From the human T2T-CHM13v2.0 reference genome, Homo sapiens: DNA of 64,000 nucleotides. The stretch is taken from NCBI RefSeq assembly GCF_009914755.1, contig NC_060927.1; one strand, given 5' to 3'. The position numbers and the translations under genes are program-made. Within the stretch, counting starts at the first letter, position 1, and each line of letters begins with the position of its first letter. The notes beneath the pieces are model-generated. The model saw only the letters and a list, made by a program, of their open reading frames with translations. It searched no databases and was not told the DNA's origin. Of the stretch, positions 23,031 through 52,328 are shown in pieces.

Positions 23031-24560
23031 TTTGATAGTGGAATTGGAGGTTGCCAAGTTTTCAGATTTAATGGGAGGTGGAGGGTTGCTCGTGTCCTTG
23101 ACCTTGAAGGACCTGCGCACACTCATACTTTTTCATGGACTTGTAAAACTGTTAAGAGGTGAACTGTGCCCTCTCAGCTCCACCAGAAGCCCCTCCATGT
23201 TCTCTGCACTGCGAAGGTCACAGTCTGGTTCCTGGTTGTCCAGAGCCACACTGGGACTCTGTCCAGGGCCAGCCTGGGCCCTGCCAGTTCGGTTCAGAGT
23301 GACAGCTACAGGGTCAATGGAAGAGGCCAGCACCCAACAGCAAGAACAATGTAGGGGGTATCTGGACGGGCTTGGGATCTTAATCACACCTTAAGGTGTC
23401 TACCTTCCCCAATGTCTGGACACCTGTTGGTGACAGGTGGCCCTGATGGGACTAAGCTTGAGATTACTGTACTAGAAGGACTTCCCGCTGCCCCTGAGGG
23501 GATGGGGGAGGGGCACTGGCACTGCCAGGCGTGCTAAACCCCGTGAGGTCTGTTGTTCGATGTCGCCCAATGCTGGGTATACTTGGTTTTTGCCTGACCA
23601 GGTGTTGACTGTGTGGGTCTGGAAAGGGCACCATAAAACCCAAAGTAAAATAAGGTAAAACCCAGAAAAGGATAAAACACATACACACACACACACCCAC
23701 ACACCCCTCCACTAAGAGGTGCTGATACTCGGGCAATCCCTACAGCCCTGGGCATGGCGGTTCTGGTCACATGCACTGAAGGAGACGGTTCTGATGCTGC
23801 TGAGACAGAGGCGCAGGGCCCTGTGTAACTGCAGGAGTTAAACCCAGCTGTAAGAGGTCAGCGTGGTTGGACCTGCTCCACGCTGCTTGGCGCGTTCTCT
23901 CCTCCCACCCTACTCTGAGGAGGCAGTTCACATGCAGAAGACAAATGGCATAAAGGGCAGGCAATTAATTTTTTCAGCTGGAGGCTGCAATGGAATGTGG
24001 GTGCTTAAAGTCTGGCGTGCGCCTCTAATTCCATTCTCCTCAGTGAAATACCTCCGCTCTTCAAGGAGGTGGTGCCCTTCAAAGCTCCATGGCTGACATT
24101 TTCTGTCTTTAGGACCAAGAGGTGAATTTAGTCCTGAAAATTATTTGGAATGAATCTAAGGCCTTCCTGCACGCTGTCTCATGCTCTTTCCACTACACCA
24201 GGGGGTCTACAGTGCTGTAAAGATGGCAGGCCAATTCTTTACTTATTTCCTTGGGGAGGTGGTTGCAGAGCATGGCCCAGGGTCTGGTCCCATCTCCCAG
24301 AACCCTCTGCTGTGTGGAGCAGCCGAGCCAGCCTGAAACAGGCAAAAAATGGAGAATTCACTGGGATAAGGGGAAGGGAAACATCTTTAGCAAGAATGCT
24401 AAAGATCAAGGACTTAGTACTGGGCAAATGGGGAGAGGGAAGAAGGGGACTCTACAAGGGAGAAAAGAAATCCTGAAGGGAACTTGGAGGGGTAAGAAAA
24501 AGTCACTTCACCTACTTCTATAGAGGCGGAATAATGTAGTAGTGAAAAGCGCAGGCCAGG

Positions 24561-29242
<4,682 letters not shown>

Positions 29243-29765
29243 AGTACTTCATTCCTTTCTATGGCCAAATAATACTCCTTGTATATCATTAACATTTTAC
29301 TAGATTTGCTTTATCAAATGTCCATCTATCCATCCTCTCTATCCATCCATGTAATCAATCTTACATCTTTTATTTTCGAGTAAACTCACTTCTCTTTTTT
29401 CCAAGCCCTTGCACCTTCAGCTTGCACACCTCTCAAATAAAGCTCATATCACTATCCTGTGTGCAAAGGAGGCTGGGAGAGATGTTGTCTTTAGTCATCT
29501 GGGATTTCGTGATAGAGGGAGGCAAAGGAAAAGGGAGACTGGGAATAGATTCTGCTACCTTAGCATACAGTTTCTCAATCCCATCTCCCCTCCCTCCATG
29601 GCATGCCCCAAATCATGTATTCTAGAAACACCAAATTCCTTAAAGCTCCCTCAATACCTTACACTTTTTCTGACTCCATCTCTTGCACATGCTCATTACC
29701 TGGATAGCCTTCTAGGTGTTTCCCTCATATTCAGCCAGCTGTGGCTCTTCAGTGAAGTATTCTCA

Positions 29766-30372
29766 ACACACACACACATACACACACTCACATAACACAC
29801 ACATACACATACACACATACACATACAGGCACTCACACACGCATACACACGCTCATACATACACACACTCACACACATGCACATATACACACACATACAC
29901 ATGCACAGATACACACATACACACATGCTCTCATATACACATGCACATTCACACATACACTCACCCTCACATACACATACATATGCACACTCACATGCAC
30001 ACATACACACATGCTCACATACACGCACACATACACACATGCACATACAAACATGCTCACATACACTCACATGCACACATACACATACACGCTCTCATAC
30101 ACATGCTCACATACACTCACATGCACATTAACACATACGCATGCTCACACACACATGCATACTCACACATACACTCACATACACACATACACACCACACT
30201 CACATACACACACCCACTCGCACACACACATACACTCACACACACTCATACACCCACACACGCATACACCCACTCACACACACTCATATGCCCACACACA
30301 CACACACGCACATACACTCACATACACACACAATCACATACACACACAATCAGATACACACACATGCACACA
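29766..30372. repeat. About 600-bp degenerate (CA)/(TACA)/(CTCA) low-complexity array
   Basis: Direct reading; gives spurious His/Thr and Cys/Val ORFs. Confidence 0.95.
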
Positions 30373-31485
30373 CTGACCCCGTGGGCCCCCCTGCGCGTGC
30401 TCCACACTCTATTGAATCAACCTTCTGACCTGTCTGTCTCTACCAGTCTCTAAATCCTCAAGGGCAAGGGCCAGGCCTTACAGGTCTCGGTATCCCTGGA
30501 ACTCATTGCAGGGCATGACTCAACAAATGTTTTCTGCGTAGTGAATGGAAAACATCTAGTCACCGTCTTTGTCGTTATTTATTTAAAAACATGGCATGCA
30601 CCAGGTGAGGCCCTGTGATAAGTGCCTGGATTTGGAGACAAAGATGAGTAAGACTGTATCCTGGGCCTCAGAGGCGCCTACAGGACCCTTTTGTCTGGAC
30701 AAATGCAAAACTGGACAAGACGCCAGGGCAACAGATGTAAACCGGGACTGTCCCAAGCAAACCGGAACATATGGTCACCCAAATTATATACCAGCTTCTC
30801 TGAAAACAGCACTGCCATGCTGACTCATGCACAGCCCGTTAGATCCTAGTCACTTCCAGAACTTTCTTGTTCAGGCCAATCACTCTTCATTAGTACTTGG
30901 ATTATTCATGTTTTTTCTTGTTGTGATCCATGTAGAAATTATCCATGAAATTTCATATTTCTAAAGCATTACATTAAAAAATACTTAAGCAACTAGAAAT
31001 AAAACACCTAATGCACAGCTCAACACTTTCTAATGTTTTCTTCATAGAGACGGGGTCTCACAAAGTTACCCAGGCTAGAGTGCTGTGGCTCGTCTATCGC
31101 ACTACAGCCTCGAACTCCTTGGCTGAAGGGATCCTCCCATTTCAGCCTTTTGAGTAGCTGGGACTACAGGCACACACCACTGCATCCAACTTTTCCAACC
31201 TTTCCTGAAGTACTGAAATGCATAGTTGTAATCAGTGGGTGACAATCATTACATATATAAATTCCTTGGTATTAACAATAGACTCTGGTTTATCATCTTA
31301 TTGATGGGCCTTTGGGTGTTTCCAGCTCGTGACCATTCTGAGTTAATGAAGTTATGAACATCTCAATATAGATTCCTTTTTCTTTCTTCTGAGTCTCTTC
31401 TTTGAGGTACATACTCCACAGTTAAATAATCTGGTTGAAAGACAGGAACAATTTGTTACCTTTCGTTTCCCATTGCTCTCTGTCA

Positions 31486-34937
<3,452 letters not shown>

Positions 34938-35151
34938 ATACTATAGAAGAAAAAAAGACGTAAAAGTTGGCCTGTGAAAAGACCCTTGGCAGTGAGTGAC
35001 TATGTTGTGTAGGGAGAAAATCAAGAGCTTTAGATTCATAGACATAGATTCATGTCCCAGCTCTGCTATAGACTGGTCATTTTACCTCAAGCAATTGAAT
35101 TACTTTCCTTGAGTCTCAATATCCTCATATATAAAAAGGCGGGGGTTGTGG

Positions 35152-35470
35152 GTGTGATGGTTAATTTTATGTGTCAACTTGGTTAGGCCACAATACTCAG
35201 ATATTTGGTCAAATATTATTGAGATATTTCTGGGCAGATTTTTAGATGAGATTAACATTTAAATCAGTAGACTTTGAGTAAAGTAGATTACCATCCATAA
35301 TGTGGATAGGCCTGATCCAATCAGTTGAAAGCCTTAATAAGAAAAGACTGACTTCCCCAGAAGAAACGGTAATTCTGCCAGCAAACCACCTTTGGAGTCA
35401 AACTGCAATCCTTCCCTGGGTTTCCAGCCTGCTAAACTACCCTGCAGACTTTGGATTTACAAAGCCCTAA
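35152..35470 (+). mobile_element. MLT2-like ERVL LTR
   Basis: tgtgatggttaattttatgtgtcaacttgg..gatgagattaacatttaaatcagtagactttgagtaaag. Confidence 0.78.
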
Positions 35471-35484
35471 ATTAAATCAATCAA

Positions 35485-35703
35485 TCTCTCTCTTTCTCTC
35501 TCTCCCCCCTCTTTTCTCTCTCTCTCTCTCCCCATCCCTCCTTCCCTTCCTCTCTCCCTCTCTCTCTCTCTCGCCTCTTTTCTCTCTCTCTCTCCCATCC
35601 CTCCTTCCCTTCCTCTCTCTCCCTCTCTCTCTCTCGCCTCTTTTCTCTCTCTCTCTCCCCATTCCTCCTTCCCTTCCTCTCTCTCCCTCTCTCTCTCCCT
35701 CTC
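35485..35703. repeat. Polypyrimidine minisatellite, about three 58-60 bp CT units
   Basis: cctcttttctctctctctctcccatccctccttcccttcctctctc... repeated. Confidence 0.9.
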
Positions 35704-38359
35704 AGAGACAGATTTATATGTGTACACTCACACATTGTCAGGGAGGAAACGCATTCTCTACCCTCTTACCCTCTCACATTCAGTTATTGGAGACCTACAA
35801 ATTATTTATTATTATTATTAGTTTTTGAGACAGAGTCTTGCTCTGCTGCCCAGGCTGGAGTGCAATGGCACAATCTTGGCTCACTGCAATCTCTCAGCCT
35901 CCCAGGTTCAAGCAATTCTTCTGCCTTGGCCTCCCGAGTAGCTGGGATTACAGGCACCCACCACCACACCCAGCTACTTTTTGTATTTTTAGTAGAGACG
36001 GGGTTTCACCATGTTGGCCAGGATGGTCTCGATCCCACACACTTCACACACGGTTCTGTTGGCCAGAACTAGTCCTTGGGTCCTGCCTACGGGTAAGGGT
36101 GCTGACTAGTGTCTTCTGCGTGCCCAGGAGTGAGAATCAAATAGGATATGGTGACCACTGACAATCACTAACAATCTCTACCCTCATGATCTTCAAGTTC
36201 AGTGAGTATCCAAAGGTGCGGGAGCAGTGGCTGAGTCAGGAGGACAGTCTGTTTAGATGACTTCCCTGAAGGGAACAACACCCACTTGGATGCCTCAATT
36301 CCCACGTTTGATTTAAAATCTATCTTGGCCGGGCGCGGTGTCTCATACCTGTAATCCCAGCACTTTGGGAGGCCAAGGCGGGTGGGTCACCTGAGGTCAG
36401 GAGTTCGAGACCAGGTTGGCCAACATGATGAAACCCCCTCTCTACTAAAAAAATACAAAATATTAGCCGGGTGCAGTGGCGGGTGCCTGTAATCCCAGCT
36501 ACTCAGGAGGCTGAGGCAGGGGAATAGCTTGAACCTGGGAGGCGGAGGTTGAAGTGAGCCAAGATCGCGCCACTGCACTCCAGCCTGGGCAATAAGAGCA
36601 AAACTCTGTCTCAAAAAAAAATTAAAAAAACAAAAATAAAATAAAATATATCTTAATACTCTATAAGCAGACTTTGGGTTTATAAAATGAAATATTAACA
36701 AATTTCATGAAAATGCTACCTTAAAGCACTGTAAACACTTTAAAGCACACTAAAGACTGGTCACTCCCTGAAGCTGCTTCCTCAAGCAAAGCCTTTTTAG
36801 TAAAGCATCTGTTGTTGTGACTGTTTTGAATAAGACTTTACAACATTAGAGGAAAGGCATATAAAAAACAGCTGTTCAGTGAAACAGAAAATCTTCCAAC
36901 ATTTTTTTTTCTTACGGCCTCTATAATTGCAGAATCTTCCAACACTTTTATTTCAACTCTTTATATTTTTAAAAAATTTAATCAAACGAGATCACGTTGG
37001 ATTAATGTAGTGGGCATCCTCCAAGCCAAGGCAAATGCCTCGACAGCATGTTACACAGCAGAGTTCAAATGCTCCCTCCCTGTTGCCTTCTTAAGCATTT
37101 GAAATGAATTAAAGACCCTTCTCCTTTAGACATCACTGAAAAGGATTACCTTCTTTGCCTTTATGGGTCTGGGAGATAATTTTGCAGAGAAGCCAAAAGC
37201 TTTTCTGAGCATCTCCAGGGGCTCCAGATGGGATCAACTACAGGGTCTTCCAATAAAATAAATGCTGAAGACCACTTAAGTTTTTGCAGGTTTTATTCTG
37301 ATCAGGCAGTGCAGCAGAACAACAGCAAATAATCGTGAAAATCTCTGATTTAAGTGCTTCTCCAACAAACAATTTCATGGTTCTTGGCAGACCAAATTCC
37401 CTTGTGGGCCTCATGTATAGGCGGGTGGTATCTTTGCTTCATTGACTATTATAAGAAAATCCATTGTAATCTCTGTGTGGGGTTCCATAGTACGAGAGCC
37501 TCTGTTAATGCTCTGAAATATATTCCACTCCAATGAGCAGAAGTCCTCCCTGCAGCTGCCTCTTTGGCTGTTACAAAAGATACTGCCTCCAGCAACAGCC
37601 TCTCCTATTTGTTCAAAGTGTACCGCACAATGATGGGCCGAAAGAGCCCTGCACAGAACTGCCAGGGAAAGATGTAAGAGTGAAATAATCAGCCTGCTAT
37701 TTTAATGACGGAACTGTGGTGGGAGTTGCTAATGCAAAAGATCAAAGACATCATTTTTGTGGTGGCCCAGCCACAAGAACAAGGAATAGAGATTGGAAAG
37801 CCCAGTCTTCACTGGTAGCAGCAGCACCCACAGACATTTCTTGGGAAAAGGTATACAAGGCATGAATCCTGCCCTCCAGGGGCATCTAGTTGGGTTGTTG
37901 AAGAACATAAAGGAAACCTCAGAGTGACCCATGGTTTCCTTGTCTTTTATAATTAGTTGCAAAAGGGCTGCAGTCAGCCACCCCTGATGGACAAACCAAG
38001 GCTCCCTGGGCATGGTGTGCTTGAGATGCCATGTGAGAACTGTTCATCCTGATGTAAAGACTGGTCTGGCAAGTCTCCCGAGTTACCAAGCTCCTGGGCG
38101 TCTCCATTTACTCATGTGAAAGCTGCTTAGACTGGGTTTTAAGGGCCCTTTTGACACCTGACACAGTGTGTTCAATTCATGCCCGCCAGTGATCATGGAA
38201 GTGATGCAAGATCTTCCCTGTGGCACCTAGTCCCATTCCAATGCCTTCATTCTCTTTGAGACATGCAGGTCTGGGGCTCATTCCTGATTTATTTGGATGG
38301 CATTCTAGCTCTATCCTTCTGCCATGTTTAAAAATCCATCTGATACCTTTAAAAGGTGA

Positions 38360-38775
<416 letters not shown>

Positions 38776-39529
38776 TAACCTACAAGATGTAAACCACACA
38801 GACACTGGGGCAGTCGGTTCTGGTAGATGGCAAGCCTGCATTTTCTTTCTTTCAGTTGGTGGAGACTTGGTGGCTTTTAGAAAAGACACCCCTTGTAGCA
38901 CCTTTTGATCCAGGTCTCCATACACAGTGGGAAAAGTCCAAGAAGTTCCGGATAGACCTTTCTGGAGGTGGGTAGGGCTGGGTCACAGAACAAGAACCCA
39001 AGGAATCACTGGATCATCAGATGCCTCCAATTAAGTTTCTCTTTTCATAATAAAATTTAATTATACATTTTCCTTTGAAAAAGTCACCTATTTACTCTGG
39101 CTTCCTCAGATGCACAGTTATTCATGAATGCAGAAGCACATAAAGGAGTCAAAAATACAGGACTTAGAGACAGGGCTGTTGTACTGGTTGAATGTAATAA
39201 TATAAGTGAAGAGCTGAATGTTGTGTTAACTGACAGTAGGCCCTGAATAAATGTCAGTTATCCTCATTCTTGTTATTAGTTGTGCCATTATTGGGTGTTG
39301 CCTTAGTCGTCTTGCTGGGCAGAGTCTGTTGTAGTTATCATCTGACATAGTGGGGAATCTCTGAAAGGAATATATGGGGCAAGCTCTCAATCCTTTCCCA
39401 AAAAGCTTTTTGATATCTTGAATGGAAAATGTAAAGGAGAGACCATGAATATGATTAATTTCTAATTGAGGTTGACTTATGGCAGAAACTGACTTCTTTT
39501 AAAAGGAAGACATTTCTTTAAAAAAAAAA

Positions 39530-40672
<1,143 letters not shown>

Positions 40673-40809
40673 TGTGGAAGATGTTTCTTAATCAGACCAG
40701 GAAATATATTCACATTTTTTAAAAGAAAAGAATCGTTTTGAATCTGATGCCACAAAACAGCCCACTTTTTATTTTGTTGCAACCTAGATTTAAGAGTAAC
40801 CAAGAGGAG

Positions 40810-40988
40810 TATGGTAGGCAGCCCCTAAGATGGCTCCCAATGATCCCCACATCCTGGCATTCATACTCATGTATAATCCCTTTGCCTTAAGTGTGGTCTT
40901 CCTTCAGTAAGAAATAGAATATGGCAGAAGTGATGAGATGTCACTTCTAAGATTAGGTTATTAAAAAAACTATGGCTTCTATTTTGAG

Positions 40989-41030
<42 letters not shown>

Positions 41031-41350
41031 TCACTGGCCTTGGGAAAGCCAGCTGCAATGTTTCAAGACAGCCCTGTGGAGGCTCATGTGATACAGGATG
41101 GAGGCTTGACAATAACCACATGAGTGAGCTTGGAAGCAAATCCCCCAGCCTCAGCTGAGCCTTCAGATGAGACCACAGTCTCAGCCAGCAGCTTTACTGC
41201 AACCTCACAAGAGACTCTGAGACAGAGACACCCAGTTAAGCCATGTCCAGATTCTTGACCCTCAGAAGCTGTGACATAATAAATGTTTGTTGTTTTAAGG
41301 CACTAAATTTTGGGGCAATTTGTTACACAGCAATAGAAAACTAAATTAAT
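40810..41350 (+). mobile_element. MLT1 (E/F-like) LTR with an internal (GT)n at about 40990-41029
   Basis: tggtaggcagcccctaagatggctcccaatgatcccc..ttttggggcaatttgttacacagcaatagaaaact. Confidence 0.75.
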
Positions 41351-42009
41351 AGTAGAGGTTACACAGTTGGGAACATACTTTTTTCTTTAGATACTCTAAT
41401 AATTTCTAGCATAGAGATGGAGGGTTTGATAATAATAATCATAGTCTTGAGTACTAAATTTATACTACTGCAAATTACTAATGGATTTTGTTAAGTCTTT
41501 AAAGAAATAACACCAAGATTATTGTGGCAGTTGGGGAGGTAAGTGGGGCTTGTAGAAATCATATCATATTACCAATAAAGGGATATGAGTGCTGCCTTTT
41601 TAAATGGGAGTGGTGGTTGTGTGGGACAGAGATATGCTTAACTTGTTCTGTGTGACCCTGAAGAGGCAATGACTGGAAGCTGCAGGCAAGCAGGTGTGTT
41701 TCTACAGAACTTTCATAGTATTTCCATGAAACACCAAGAATAAAAGTCATGTCCAAAGCTTCACTGTTTAAAAATTGCATCTACAGGTGAAAGCTGTCTG
41801 CAAATAATGAGAATGCTACTGTCTACTTATACGGGAATTTGGGGTGATTTCAAAAGTTATTATTTTTCAGTTATTCTTTATGTTATTATATTGTCTTTGC
41901 AATTAAAATAAAATGTAAGAAAAGAATGCTACACACTTTGTATTGTTAGAACATGTCCCATTTTGTTTTGTTAACTCTGTCTCAGGCTGATCATCTCCTT
42001 TCTTCACAG

Positions 42010-42346
42010 AGAAAAGTCTGATGATCCCAGGAAACATCATTTCTTTAAAACGATCAACTTTCCTCGCCTGGAAGCTGGCCTAATTGAACCCCCATTTGTG
42101 CCAGACCCTTCAGTGGTTTATGCCAAAGACATCGCTGAAATTGATGATTTCTCTGAGGTTCGGGGGGTGGAATTTGATGACAAAGATAAGCAGTTCTTCA
42201 AAAACTTTGCGACAGGTGCTGTTCCTATAGCATGGCAGGAAGAAATTATAGAAACGGGACTGTTTGAGGAACTGAATGACCCCAACAGACCTACGGGTTG
42301 TGAGGAGGGTAATTCATCCAAGTCTGGCGTGTGTTTGTTATTGTAA
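42010..42346 (+). CDS. GRK7: GRK7 last coding exon: AGC C-tail and CaaX box CLLL (geranylgeranylation)
   Basis: CACAG| acceptor; (R)EKSDDPRKHHFFKTINFPRLEAGLIEPPFVPDP...SKSGVCLLL-TAA. The four exons sum to 1662 nt = 553 aa. Confidence 0.97.
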
Positions 42347-43039
42347 ATTGCTCTCTTTACCAGACAGGCAGCAGGAGTCTCGGCTGACATAATCCTCGAA
42401 TGTTCCACACGTGGAAATCTGTGGAATGAGGGCTAATCAGTTAGGAGGGACATCACAACCACAAAACAATTCAAAAGACAGGCAAGCTCACTACTAGAAC
42501 ACATTTTATTTTCTTTTTCTTTCTTCATAAAGATGAGTAAAGTCTCAGTTTTCACTGAGGGCAGGGAAAAGGAACACTCAGGTTTATTTTGATAAACTGA
42601 AAGCATCAGCCTTTTACCATCATGTCCCTGTGTATTACGCAAAGTCCTAGGAACAGAGAATGGAACTTTGTGGTGTGCCCAGAAAATGAGCATTTGCAAT
42701 TCTTAGTAAATAATCATTTTAGTTTTTCTTTGTTTATATCTTTTTTTCCCTTCATCTTTCTTCGCTTCTATACTTATAAAAAGGATTTTGAAGCTGGAAA
42801 CAAATGTTTCTGACATTCTCCCCCTAAAAAGGAGTGGATTACAATATTTTGGCAATGTTTTAAATCACAGAATAATTTTCAATTTCAGTGACAGTTTCTT
42901 TTGCAATTTTGTGGAAATAATTTACTATCATAATGTTGAAGCATTTTAAACATAAACATCCATGACATCTGTGAATTAAAGCATTCTGTAAATTTAGTTG
43001 AGTCCTTTAAGTAATATGGTACAAATTGCTTCAACTTGC

Positions 43040-43810
43040 ACTACCATATGCCATCGGTTCCCAAACTCTGCTGAACTTTGGAATCATCTAGGGATCTTTT
43101 AAAAAACTAATGCCTGATTCCCATCCATAGACATTCTGATCCCCACTCCCAGGTATGAGAACAGCTTGACCATTTAGAATTTCAGAAGCTCCCCAGGTGA
43201 TTCTAATGTGCAGCAGAGTTTGGCAGGCACTGCTGTGCACATTTGAATGTTATTACATTCAATCTTATTTTGGTTGCTCAAAACTTCAATCATACATTTT
43301 GATGGCAACTTTTCAAATGTCCCCAAAGCATGTCATTTTAGTAATTGCAGTATAAATGAAACAAGACAGTCTATTCATCTTATGGCTTCTCTTGTCCTTG
43401 CACACTTTAGTTTCTCACACGTATCTTGGGAGCTCGGTCTCTTGGCTATTTCAAGTCCTGAAGGAGACCTATGGGCTTAGAAATTGAGTTGAACAGGCCA
43501 GGTGCGGTGGCTCATGCCTGCAATTCCAGCACTTTGGGAGGCCAAGGCAGATGGATCATGAGGTCAGGGGTTCAAGACTAGCCTGGCCAACATGTTGTAA
43601 ACCCCGTCTCTACTAAAAATACAAAAATTAGCCCGGTGTGGTGGTGCACATCTATAATCCCAGTTACCCGGGAGCCTGAGGCAGGAGAATTGCTTGAACC
43701 CAGGAGGCGGAGGTTGTAGTGAGCCAAGATCGCAACATTGCACTCCAGGCTGGGCAGCAAGAGCAAGACTCTATCTCAAAAAAAAACAAAACAAAACAAA
43801 ACAAAAAAAA
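43040..43810. mobile_element. MER5-like remnant (about 43040-43230) and a sense Alu (43496-43810) in the putative 3'UTR
   Basis: aagctccccaggtgattctaatgtgcagc; Alu motifs. Confidence 0.75.
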
Positions 43811-44622
43811 CAGAAAAGAAATTGAATTGAAAAAATACTAACCATCATTTCAAGTGGCTGCCCAGCCAACACTGTATGGTAGAATTAGCACTTCTCAAAA
43901 GCACAGCCAAGGTGAGAATTCTACAGCTGCGAAAAAATATTTGGGATACAAATATAAAGCTGAGTGATATTTTTTAAAAGGATGTATGTGCACATAATAA
44001 AATCTAAATTTATCCCAGTGGTAAAAAAAACCTGGCTGAAGTCAGTTTAAAAGTTTTGTCCCTTGAGTTAAGGATTCAAGAGCTGCAAAAGTGCCGGTCA
44101 AAAAAATGTTGGTTAACTGGAATCTGAATAACAGTAATACTCATCTACAAGACAGCATTAACCACACCTGGAACAAGTTAAGAAGAAGCCCTCTGAGAGT
44201 TGAGGCCTCGGCCGGTGCACCTGCGGCTCACTTTCCCGCTCCTCCTCCATCCTCAGCATGCTCCCTAATGCTCCAAATCCTAACCTAGGATGCTTAGATT
44301 TCTGTGTCACCAAAGCAGGATAGAAGTGTGCCCAGGAGATTTTTTTTTTTCCTGAAGTAAGAAAGTAAATTAAAGTTTGGTTAAGTTTTGAACAAGTCCC
44401 TTTTAACAAAAAAACTGATTGGTGATTAACAGAAATCCAATTAATCAGAGCACTCCAATGGTAGAGTTCTCAGGATTGGGCTTTATAGACGTTAGACATT
44501 TAAAAACAACATTGGTTATTTGTTGATTATGCCTTAAAGCTGGCAGAGGGACAAATGCAAACTAATAATTAAAGATAAATATCTCAGTTTTTAAAAGGAC
44601 AAAAAATTTGGAGAGATAAAAA

Positions 44623-44680
44623 AATAAAAATGTCTTGTTGCATTGGTTCCTTAGTGTGAATTGCCTCTGCTTTCAATAAA
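44623..44680 (+). terminator. Candidate GRK7 polyadenylation signals (two AATAAA)
   Basis: AATAAA at 44623 and 44675, each followed by T/GT-rich sequence. Confidence 0.45.
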
Positions 44681-44783
44681 CTTTAAATGCAAATCTGTTT
44701 TATATCTTAGAACTAACTTAGGAAAATAACTGAATAAGTAGTTGTATTAATCCATTCTCACACTGCTATAAAGAAATACCTGA

Positions 44784-46443
<1,660 letters not shown>

Positions 46444-46501
46444 AGCCATCATCGGCCAACCTCCCCAACAGCACTTGGGTTTTCCTGTTGAGATGGGGGA
46501 C

Positions 46502-46825
46502 TGACAGACAGGACTAGCTGGATTTCCTAGGCCGACTAAGAATCCCTAAGCCTAGCTGGGAAGGTGACCACTTCCACCTTTAAACACAGGGCTTGCAACT
46601 TAGCTCACACCTGGCCAATCAGATAGTAGAGAGAGCTCACTAAAATGCTAATTAGACAAAAAACAGGAGGTAAAGAAATAGCCAATCATCTATTGCCTGA
46701 GAGCACAGCGGGATATAAACCCAGGCATTCGAGCCGGCAATGGCTACCCTCTTTGGGTCCCCTCCCTTTGTATGGGAGCTCTGTCTTCACTATTAAACCT
46801 TGCAACTGCAAAAAAAAAAAAAAAA
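46502..46825 (+). mobile_element. HERV-W 3' LTR (LTR17), U3-R only, followed by poly(A): L1-processed pseudogene end
   Basis: PPT agatggggga then tgacagacaggactagctggatttcctagg; CCAAT at 46615 and 46682; TATAAA at 46714; ATTAAA at 46792; ...tgcaactgc + A16; no U5. Confidence 0.93.
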
Positions 46826-47924
46826 CCTGAAACTGGGTAATTTATAAAGAAAAGAGGTTTAATTGGCTCACTGTTCCACAAGCTATACAGGAAGCATGGC
46901 TGAGGCCTCAGGAAACTTACAATCATGGCTAAAGGCAAAGGGGAAGCAGTCACGTCTTACATGGCTGCTGAAGGAGGAAGAGGGAGACAAATGCCACACA
47001 CTTTTAAACAACTGGATCTCGTGAGAACTCACTCACTGTCATGAGAACAGCAAGGGGGAAAGATACCCCCATGATCCAATCATCTCCCACCAGGCCCCTC
47101 CTCCAACATTGGGGATTACAATTCCACATGAGATTTGGTGGAGACACAGACCCAAACCATAGCAGTAGTCAATAATTATAAAAATAGTAAATAAAAATAA
47201 CCAAGTGTGTCTTGAGATCTAATTATACACAGTGTGGCATTGGGGACAACATAGAGAAAAGACAGCCATGTAAGAAAGGTAATGTGGTGTGGAATACAGA
47301 ATGTAGGCTCCTGTTAGTGTTAATATTCACATTCTAAATCAGGAAATGGAAGCTCATAGAGATTTTGTACCTCAAGTCCCACAGCTTCACAGGGTTGTTG
47401 TGAAGACCAGAAATCATGTATATGAAGCCAGTAGTGCATGACTTGCACACAGGAGGGGCATAATCTGTTGAAGACTGTGGCCAGTAACAGTGGATTGAGA
47501 GGGAATGATCCGGGGACAAAACCACTAAGGCCTGAACCAGGACGCCGTAATGAAAAGTTTTAGAGGAAGTAAGAGAAGAAAGAGATCTGGGTCCCTGGAA
47601 GTAGTTGAGAAGGAAAATTTTCATACACAGTGAAAGAAAAATCTAAGTAGAATGAGTGGGGAAGTTAGGGTCCAAGGCTGCTCCTAGGCCTCTCTGTCAT
47701 ATGTGGGCTCCCATCTGGATCGAGTCAGAGTGCAGGAGGCTTACCATGACATGGGCAGGTGAGGGGCAGGCCTGACCCAGGAGGTTAAATGTTCGAGGGG
47801 TGGAGAAATGCAAGGGATAGGTGCAGGGTGTTGTTGGGCTGGGGGGTTAAGGAAAGATTTAAATCAGATGCAGCCAGTTGCCTCATCAAAGGAAGGATGT
47901 AATTTTTGAAAAGACAAGATGCTG

Positions 47925-52290
<4,366 letters not shown>

Positions 52291-52328
52291 TAACTCTTAT
52301 TATTAAACTGACTGGGTTAGCTGATTGT

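Larger units (their letters stand above)
42347..44700 (+). other. GRK7: Probable GRK7 3'UTR (end uncertain)
   Basis: AT-rich sequence after the stop. Candidate signals: ATTAAA 42975-42980, AATAAA 43996-44001, 44623-44628, 44675-44680. Confidence 0.55.

Noticed and set aside
22356-23394. Multiple overlapping ORFs in the CpG island
   Set aside because: Expected in GC-rich DNA; no recognisable domain
29696-30453. 245-aa His/Thr-rich and Cys/Val-rich ORFs
   Set aside because: Products of the (CA)n-type array, which lacks stop codons by composition
35485-35703. Repeat-spacer (CRISPR-like) array
   Set aside because: Simple CT minisatellite in a mammalian genome; no unique spacers
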